Shown here: piece by piece, positions 23,124-31,100 of the stretch
Layout of the letters: each line of letters starts with the position of its first letter
Numbering within the stretch: the first letter of the stretch is position 1
IMG/VR virus record: IMGVR_UViG_3300045988_098498
DNA length: 42,659 nucleotides
Source of the DNA: a virus
Strand: one strand, 5' to 3'
Notes under the pieces: generated by a model
Database searches by the model: none
The model's input: the letters and a program-made list of their open reading frames with translations, nothing else
What the model was told of the DNA's origin: nothing
Position numbers and translations under genes: made by a program

Positions 23124-23485
23124 TGTCAGAACAGCTCTCAGAACTGTATCCGGTAGCTCTTGAGATGGGGATCCTGGCGGAAACATTCTGGAACCTTTCT
23201 GTAAATGAGATATTTGATACTTTGGCAAATATAAGAAAGCGGCTGCTAAGAGAAGAAAAGCAGCGGATCATGGATAATTTCATCCAGGCCCAGGCCATAG
23301 CAGTAGATATCTCAGCGTTATTTGCCAAAGATGGCAAGATAGCTCATCCCTGGGATTATTATCCGGAATTGTTTGAAAAAGAACAGAAGGCATACGAAGA
23401 AGCAGAGGAAGCCCGCCAGTGGGAAGAGTACATGGAAAAAAGAAGGGCGTACAACGCCGAATGGAACTATAGACATAATCATTAA
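23123..23485 (+). CDS. gpT-like extension of the tail assembly chaperone (probably made as a G-T fusion by -1 frameshift)
   Basis: It is in the -1 frame relative to the gpG-like ORF, with no stop between the slippery site and this ORF. This is the conserved arrangement in long-tailed phages. Confidence 0.65.
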   Translation: MSEQLSELYPVALEMGILAETFWNLSVNEIFDTLANIRKRLLREEKQRIMDNFIQAQAIAVDISALFAKDGKIAHPWDYYPELFEKEQKAYEEAEEARQWEEYMEKRRAYNAEWNYRHNH

Positions 23486-23515
23486 TTTGTTGAGAAAAAG
23501 AGAGGAGGTGAGACC

Positions 23516-26500
23516 ATGGGAGACACACTTCATAAGATGCAGGTGATAATTGAAGCTACAACAAAACCTTTGAAGAAAGAAATGGAAGAAGGTCAGCGGG
23601 AAGTAAAGAAAACCGTTAATGAGATCCAAAAAGAAACAGAAAAAATAAAAAACCCGTTTCGAGGAGTGGAAAGTAAAGCATTGCAGCCGGTAAGAAATAC
23701 TCTGAACAAGATCAGAGAGATGATCGGAAAGAATCCTGTGAAGAATTTCCAGATCAAGGCAGGCATCAAAGTTCCAACGGAAGAATACGCTGAACTGCAG
23801 GAAAATTTATCAAAAGAGCAGCAATCATTGGAAAAGTTACAAGAAAAACAGCGGAAATTTGAAAACACGGGTAAATCTAAAGAGAACCAGCAATGGAAAA
23901 GCCTTGTAGTTGACATTACTCGAGCTGAAAAAAAACTCAGTGAATACAAAGATACTGCAGCCAAAATGGAAACGTCAGGAACTGCTTTTAAACAAACCCC
24001 TACAAACGAATATCGTGAAATCAGAAATTCTGTAAAAACCTTGAATGAGGAAATAGAAAAGTATGAGAAAAAAGGCGAAAAACTTGAGGCGATGGGCGTA
24101 AAAAAAGAAAGCAAGCAATGGAGAAGTCTCATATACGATATTGACCAAGCTCGTACGCAGTTGTATGAGTATGAAGAAACGCTGGAATTGTTAGAAAAAT
24201 CAGGGAAATCAACTCAGACAGTGCCAACAGAAGATTATCAAAAATTACAAAACGATATTTTAAAAGTAAATAAAGAACTTGATGCTTATCACGAAAAAGA
24301 AAATAAGCTCCAAGCTTTGGGCGTATCAAAAGAAAGCCAGGAATGGAAAAGCCTTACATATGATATTGATCAAGCAAAGATAGCTGTAGAGGAGTATAAA
24401 ACAAAAGCAAGACAGATGGAATCCTCAAACACGGATGTAAAGCGGCCGGTATCTCTTCCGAAACAGGCATTGAACTTTGTCAAAGGAATAGGAACAACTG
24501 TTTCGAAGGGATGGGGAGGTTTTACAAAGTTTCTGGGAGGCGTTGGAAACATTGCATCTTCTTTCACTGGCGTAATCCGGAAATGTTCCGGTGCTTACGC
24601 TGCACTGATCCAGAAGTTTACATCCGGCATCCCGTTCCTGAACCGGACAAAATCTTCGTTCAATGGTCTGGGAACATCCGGACGAGGCTTGACAGGTATA
24701 CTGAAGACGATCGGAATGACTGCAAAATTTATGTTTGCAAGTTTTGTGATCCGTGGAGCTGTAGATGGCGCAAAGCAGGGATTTCAGAACCTTGCACAGT
24801 ACAGTGGAGAAACAAACAGAAGTCTTTCTCTGCTGATGTCTTCTCTGACACAGCTCAAAAATTCACTGGCCACAGCCTTTGCACCAATCCTGAATGTTGT
24901 AGCACCAATTCTGAACAGTTTCATTCAGACGGTTATCAACGTGGTAAATTCCATAGGCCAGCTGATGGGAGCCCTCACAGGCAAAACCACCATGGTCACG
25001 GCCAAAAAAGTCAATCAGGATTATGCTGCAAGTCTTAACAGTACCTCAACGGGTCTGAAGAATAATGCAAAGAACGCGGATACGGCATCAAAAGCGGCAA
25101 AACAATATCAGCGCACTCTTCTGGGATTCGACCAGATCAACAAGCTGAACGATGATTCAGACAGCTCCGGATCAGGAGGAACAGGAAGCGGAACGGATAC
25201 AGCACCGCTTGGTGGTGTTAATGATATGTTCCAGACAACGGCCATCAAGAGCCGTTTCAAAGATCTCGCAAAACTGATTAAAGATTCTTGGAAGTCCGGC
25301 GATTTTACAGAACTTGGTGCCATGGTCGGCAATAAGCTCAACGAAGCACTGGAACGTATTCCGTGGGGTAAAATCCAGAATACCTGTAACAAGATTGCAA
25401 AAAGCATTGCCACTTTTCTGAATGGCTTTATTGAAGCTGCGGATTGGAAATTAGTTGGTAATACATTCTCTAAGGGACTGAACACAGCCTTTGGATTTGT
25501 AGATACCTTTGCAAAGAATTTCCACTGGAACAGTCTTGGGAAAGCTATCGGAGATGGAATCAATGGTGCTCTTGAAGGCCTTGACTGGAATCTGATCAAA
25601 GGAACCGTACATGATACCGTATTTGGCCTGGTAAGCACACTGAATACAGCGATTGCGACAACCAATTGGAGTGTAGTTGGAAAAACAGTTGGAGAGTGCT
25701 TTAACACACGACTGGAAGCACTTTATACCACAGTTCATAACTTTAACTGGAGAGGCTTGGGCACTGCGCTGGCTGATCTCGTAACCAACACGGTCAAAAC
25801 CATTGATACAGGAAAAATAGGACAGACCTTATCCGATGGGATAAAAGGCTTTTTTGATTTTGCAATCTCAGCGATTGAACACATGGATTGGTGGTCCATG
25901 GGGGACACCATCTATAACAAAGCAAAAGATCTGCTGGTAAACATTGACTGGAGCGGAATTGCTGACAGAGTTTTTGAAACGATTGGAGCTGCATTTGGAG
26001 GTTTTGCCGCATTTATTGGCGGTATCTTTAAAAATGCAGTTGCAGATGCAAGGAAGTATATTATAAAGCATTTCACAGAAGCTGGAAAATTCACCTGGGA
26101 AGGCTTTAAAAATGGTGTTGTGCAGTCATTTAAAGATATAGGAACCTGGATCAAGGCACACATTTTTAAACCATTCATAAACGGATTCAAAAAAGCTTTC
26201 GGAATCCATTCACCATCAACAGTCATGCGTACGCAGGGCGGATATGTTATATCTGGCCTGTTCAATGGTATGAAAGCAGGATTGCCAGCTGTACTGTCTT
26301 GGATTGCTAAACTCCCAGGGCAGACAAAAGAGAAACTTGGAAATGCCAAAACATGGCTACGTGGGAAAGGAAATGATGCGATCACCGGTCTGAAAAATGG
26401 CTGGGAAGCTGTAAGGGAATCAACATTCCTGAGCAGAGTAAAGAAAATCGGTTCTCAATCTTTCAACGCTATCGGAGATATCAAAAGCAAAGTAACGCCG

Positions 26501-27064
26501 AAAGGCAGGGATATCATAAGCGGAATGAGAACCGGCCTGAATAATAACTGGAGCTCTCTGTCTGGAATATTAAGTAATATACCAGGCAAGGTGGCAAACG
26601 CAATTCCAAGCTTATACACAGTTGGCCAGAATGTTATTCAGACTTTTGCAAATGGATTTTCAAGCATCCATATCCCTATGCCACATATCGGCTGGGATTG
26701 GGAAGGTGGATCTATAAAAATCGGTAACTTCAAATTTTCATTGCCACGTTTCAATCTGAGCTGGTACGCAAATGGCGGATTCCCTGGTATGGGAGAAATG
26801 TTCGTGGCAAGAGAGTCCGGACCGGAGCTTGTCGGAAGAATGGGAAACCGTTCTGCGGTGGCAAACAATAATCAGATCATTGCCGGAATCCGGGCAGGTG
26901 TATTTGAAGCGGTTGTGAATGCTTTTGAAAGCATGCAGGGCAGAAATGATCGTGGACAGGAACTCCACATCTATCTGGAAGGCGATGCAAAGAAATTGTT
27001 TAAGGTGATCCGCCAGGAAGGAAACAACTATCAGAAACAGACCGGAAATCCGGTATTTGGATAA
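23516..27064 (+). CDS. Tape measure protein (1182 aa)
   Basis: Size and position fit. It has coiled-coil N-terminal repeats, a hydrophobic/Gly-rich centre and a typical C-terminal ...GFPGMGEMFVARESGPELVGRMG... Confidence 0.85.
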   Translation: MGDTLHKMQVIIEATTKPLKKEMEEGQREVKKTVNEIQKETEKIKNPFRGVESKALQPVRNTLNKIREMIGKNPVKNFQIKAGIKVPTEEYAELQENLSKEQQSLEKLQEKQRKFENTGKSKENQQWKSLVVDITRAEKKLSEYKDTAAKMETSGTAFKQTPTNEYREIRNSVKTLNEEIEKYEKKGEKLEAMGVKKESKQWRSLIYDIDQARTQLYEYEETLELLEKSGKSTQTVPTEDYQKLQNDILKVNKELDAYHEKENKLQALGVSKESQEWKSLTYDIDQAKIAVEEYKTKARQMESSNTDVKRPVSLPKQALNFVKGIGTTVSKGWGGFTKFLGGVGNIASSFTGVIRKCSGAYAALIQKFTSGIPFLNRTKSSFNGLGTSGRGLTGILKTIGMTAKFMFASFVIRGAVDGAKQGFQNLAQYSGETNRSLSLLMSSLTQLKNSLATAFAPILNVVAPILNSFIQTVINVVNSIGQLMGALTGKTTMVTAKKVNQDYAASLNSTSTGLKNNAKNADTASKAAKQYQRTLLGFDQINKLNDDSDSSGSGGTGSGTDTAPLGGVNDMFQTTAIKSRFKDLAKLIKDSWKSGDFTELGAMVGNKLNEALERIPWGKIQNTCNKIAKSIATFLNGFIEAADWKLVGNTFSKGLNTAFGFVDTFAKNFHWNSLGKAIGDGINGALEGLDWNLIKGTVHDTVFGLVSTLNTAIATTNWSVVGKTVGECFNTRLEALYTTVHNFNWRGLGTALADLVTNTVKTIDTGKIGQTLSDGIKGFFDFAISAIEHMDWWSMGDTIYNKAKDLLVNIDWSGIADRVFETIGAAFGGFAAFIGGIFKNAVADARKYIIKHFTEAGKFTWEGFKNGVVQSFKDIGTWIKAHIFKPFINGFKKAFGIHSPSTVMRTQGGYVISGLFNGMKAGLPAVLSWIAKLPGQTKEKLGNAKTWLRGKGNDAITGLKNGWEAVRESTFLSRVKKIGSQSFNAIGDIKSKVTPKGRDIISGMRTGLNNNWSSLSGILSNIPGKVANAIPSLYTVGQNVIQTFANGFSSIHIPMPHIGWDWEGGSIKIGNFKFSLPRFNLSWYANGGFPGMGEMFVARESGPELVGRMGNRSAVANNNQIIAGIRAGVFEAVVNAFESMQGRNDRGQELHIYLEGDAKKLFKVIRQEGNNYQKQTGNPVFG
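23771..24445 (+). repeat. Three tandem ~75-aa coiled-coil repeats inside the tape measure gene
   Basis: The units start VPTEEYAELQ..., TPTNEYREIR... and VPTEDYQKLQ... Each contains (K/S)KE(N/S)QxW(K/R)SL..DI..A. Confidence 0.7.
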
Positions 27065-27076
27065 GGAGGCGGTAAA

Positions 27077-27442
27077 GTGACAGATGATATCATTATTGAC
27101 GGAGTTACGATGCCGACTCCGGCCCTCGGGGGCTTGACCATTAAAAAAGAAAAAGTGTGGTCAAATAATACAGGGCGTGCTGCAAACGCAGAAATGATTG
27201 GTGATGTGATTGCTATCAAGTATACACTTGAGTGTACATGGACGATGCTTAGTAGGGCTGATGTCGCAAAAATTGATGCGGCAATAAGTCCTGCTTTTTT
27301 TAGTGTAACATTTACAGATCCTGGAACAAACACAAGAACAACGAAAAAATTCTATTCAAATACACCATCTTATCCCGTATACAGTTATGTTAATGGCATA
27401 AAAACATATAAGGGAGTAGGAGCAACACTAATTCAGAAATAG
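27077..27442 (+). CDS. Small tail component (DUF6711-like; occupies the distal-tail-protein position)
   Basis: GTG start follows AAGGAGG. 121 aa. It lies directly after the tape measure gene. Confidence 0.45.
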   Translation: MTDDIIIDGVTMPTPALGGLTIKKEKVWSNNTGRAANAEMIGDVIAIKYTLECTWTMLSRADVAKIDAAISPAFFSVTFTDPGTNTRTTKKFYSNTPSYPVYSYVNGIKTYKGVGATLIQK

Positions 27443-27454
27443 GAGGAAACAAAC

Positions 27455-27715
27455 ATGTTAAAAGGTACAAAATCAATGAATCTCAGTTACAGCTCCATCA
27501 TCGATGGAAAAAGTGTGGTATACATGTCTGCACAGGTTCCGGAAACCGGAAAGAGCAACTGCACAAAGACCATTCAGGACCAGGAGATGTATGAGGCAAA
27601 CAAAGCAGAATGTAGAAAAGACATGGCTGCATTTGACGAGCTCCTGTGGAAACTGGAGGATCAGGGAACAGTAGATAATGCCAAAAATACTGATACGGAG
27701 GAACAGGGAGCATGA
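27455..27715 (+). CDS. Hypothetical protein (86 aa)
   Basis: ATG follows TAGGAGG. No recognised family. Confidence 0.5.
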   Translation: MLKGTKSMNLSYSSIIDGKSVVYMSAQVPETGKSNCTKTIQDQEMYEANKAECRKDMAAFDELLWKLEDQGTVDNAKNTDTEEQGA

Positions 27716-28104
27716 AGATGAAGAATAGTGAGATCGTAACATTCCTTAACACATGCACAGACCTGAGACAGAAACGCCTGCCGGTCCGTCTAGCATATGC
27801 GATCAAGAAGAACATGGCAGCAGTCCAGGAAGCAGCAACTGCATACATGGAAGAAAGAGAAGAACTTATAGCCAGATATGCGAAAAAGGACAAAAAGGGA
27901 GAATATCTTGTCAAGGATAATTGCTATGTGTTCGAAAACAAAGATGAGTTTGAGAAGGATATGAGCGAACTTTTATCGATTGAAACTGCAGTGAAAATCC
28001 ACACGGTATCAATTGATGTAGTTGAAAAATGCGATGACGATCCAAAGTATGATTCACTGACCATGGAAGAACTGGATGTCATTGATTTCATGCTGACAGA
28101 GTAA
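27712..28104 (+). CDS. Hypothetical protein (130 aa)
   Basis: ATGA overlap with the previous gene. No confident family assignment. Confidence 0.5.
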   Translation: MKMKNSEIVTFLNTCTDLRQKRLPVRLAYAIKKNMAAVQEAATAYMEEREELIARYAKKDKKGEYLVKDNCYVFENKDEFEKDMSELLSIETAVKIHTVSIDVVEKCDDDPKYDSLTMEELDVIDFMLTE

Positions 28105-28116
28105 GGAGGCGGTCCT

Positions 28117-31100
28117 GTGTATCAGTCAACAACTGCATTTGGAACCTTGGTACAGCAGGATTCCAGAACATTTAAATGTTTACTTACCTATGGAGAAACA
28201 TCCATCACAACCGTACGAAGTATCAAATTCACCGGAGGTTCTGAAGGAGACGACGATTTTTCTCTGGGTTCTACCATGTCACAGTACATAGAAGTGACAA
28301 TTCCTGGCAAAGGACTGGTAGTTGAAGGAACAGAAATGCTCCTTCAGATTGGTATGGACGTGAACGGAAAAACAGAATATATCCCCATGGGATATTTTAC
28401 AGCAGGAAAGCCCCAAAAAGCGGATGATCAGATCACGTTCACCGCATATGACCGCATGATGAAGACAGAAAGAACGTTTTCCATGAGCGGATCTAACACA
28501 GATACTGTGAGTGTGCTGAAAAAGATAGCAGAGATCACAGGGGTTTCGGTCACAACGGCCGGGCTTACGGCGATATCTATGAAAGTCCCGAAAGGGTATA
28601 GCTGCAGGGAAGTTCTTTCCTACGTGGCACAGCTTCATGGAAGCTTTGCCGTGTGCAACCGCAAAGGTCAGATTGAACTGCATACATATGCAGATTCCGG
28701 ATACAAAGTGAAGCCGGGACGGTACTGGGGAAACTTTGAACATAACGATTATGCTTTTAATGTGACTAGAATGGTGTGTGCCACCGGAGAGGATAAGAAC
28801 GGAGCAAGTATTTCGATAACTGCAGGTTCTGGAACAAGGAGCATATCACTGTCAAATCCGTTTATGACACAGACAGTACTCAACAAGATTCTGGCATCTT
28901 TCAAAAATTTCTCCTATATGCCGGGTACTTTGAAAATGCTGGGAGATCCCCGACTGGATCCTTGGGATATCCTGACCGTAGCAGATCTGTCTGGAAACAC
29001 ATATAAGGTTCCTATCATGAAACTGGATTGGGAATACGATGGCGGTCTTACATATTCAGTTGAAGCTGTCGGCCTGTCAGAAGAAGAAACCAATGTAGAT
29101 TATAAAGGCCCACAGACAAAAGAAATGGAACGGTATTACGCACAGTTGGTAATGATTGACAGAGCGATGATTAACAAACTGGATGTGGAGACTGCAAAAA
29201 TCACGTATGCATCTATTAAGGAACTGGATGTAGTTAAAGAAAATGCTGAGGAAATTAATGCTAAAAAAGCAAATATCGATCTCGCAAATGTAAATAACGC
29301 CTGGATTGAAAAAGGCGTCCTAAAGGACGGGTCCATTGGCTCAGCAGCAATCCATGAAGGCGCTGTAACGAACGCTAAGATTGCTGATGCGACGATTGAA
29401 GCAGCGAAGATCAAGTCTATCAATGCAGATTCTATTGTAGCCGGTACGATTAAGACAGAGCGCCTTATCATCACCGGTCCGGATGGTCAGGACTCTATTG
29501 TCAAAGCAATCAACATCGCAAATGGCGTATCTGAGGCAGAAGTGAATGGTCAGAAGATCCAGGCCGCTTCTATAGATGTCGTTGACCTGTCTGCATTCCA
29601 GGCTAAGATTGCCCAGTTTGATATGAGTCAAAATGCCATCTATAGTGGCAAGCTGGCTATTAATGATCCAACAAGCGGTGTTTATATTTCCACCACCGGT
29701 CTTGGGCTTGGCGACGGGGCTCTTACAAGTAAGAAAGAATCGCCAATTCAGATGTATGCTGATGGTGTATTTAAACTTAAAGGCAAAAATTCATCGTTGG
29801 AATTTAATCCAGTGACGGATATGTTGGACATCAATGTCAGCAATTTCCGGATTGGTTCAAAAGAAGCAGCCACAGTAGATAACACAATCAAATCAACACT
29901 CGAACAGTTTTATTTATCCACATCTCCAACATCATTAGTTGGTGGTTCATGGAGTAATAACCAGCCCGCATGGACAGAAGGCAAGTATATTTGGAGACGA
30001 AATTTCGTAACCTACGGAGATGATCGTACTGAATTCACGCCTTCTGAAAACGGAGTATGTATAACAGGTAATACCGGGGCTCAGGGTGCTCAGGGTGCTC
30101 GTGGTCCACAAGGTGCCGCCGGACCCAAAGGTGAAACTGGACCGCAGGGACCGAAAGGTGCTACTGGACCTCAGGGACCACAGGGCATCCAAGGAGTGAA
30201 AGGCGCTGATGGTAAAACATATTATACATGGGTCAAATATGCTGATTCACCTACTTCTGGTATGTCCGATAATCCAAGCGGCAAGAAGTATATTGGTTTT
30301 GCGTATAATAAAACAACAGGAACTGAAAGCACGTCTTACTCAGACTATTCTTGGTCGCTGATCAAGGGTGAAAAAGGAGATAAAGGATCGACTGGTGACA
30401 CCGGAGCTCAGGGTGCTACAGGTAACGGTATCAAGTCGATAACTTATTATTATGCCAGGACAACATCTCAGACAGCGCCTAGTGCAGGAAACATCACATC
30501 GACTACGATGCCCACTCTTGACGCTACGAATAAGTATTTATGGCAGAAAGAAGTAATCAACTATACGAATAACACGAATCAGACGACAGTGTTATTGCTG
30601 GCTGTATATGGAAACACGGGCGCTCAGGGACCCAAAGGTGACAAAGGAGCTACCGGACCTCAGGGACCAACTGGACCTAAAGGAGAGACAGGTGCTCAAG
30701 GACCACAGGGAAACCCTGGATCTACTGGTCCTCAGGGTGTGAGCGTTACCGCCATCAAAGATCAGTGGTATAAATCAACATCAAATACTGCTCAGGCCGG
30801 TGGTTCATGGTCCGATACTCAGCCCAACTGGGAGTCCGGAAAATATATCTGGACAAGATCACACATCACATTCAGCAATGGAAACACAACCACAACAAAT
30901 CCCGTCTTGGCAAACGCAATCAATAACGCAAACGCCAACGCAGTAAGTGCAGTAAGCAAAGTAAATAACCTTTCAGTTGGTGGAAGAAACCTGGTTCTTA
31001 ATTCACATAAACTGGATGATAAATTTTACGGCGCAGGAGGATATCTCGGCACGTTTACTGTAGTTTCTGATTCGGAAGCTCTTAGCAAATATCACATCGA

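Noticed and set aside
30067-30744. Periodic nucleotide repeats that could be mistaken for a CRISPR or tandem-repeat array
   Set aside because: The period is 9 nt or 3 codons, and the repeats encode Gly-X-Y collagen-like segments inside one long ORF. There is no repeat-spacer architecture.
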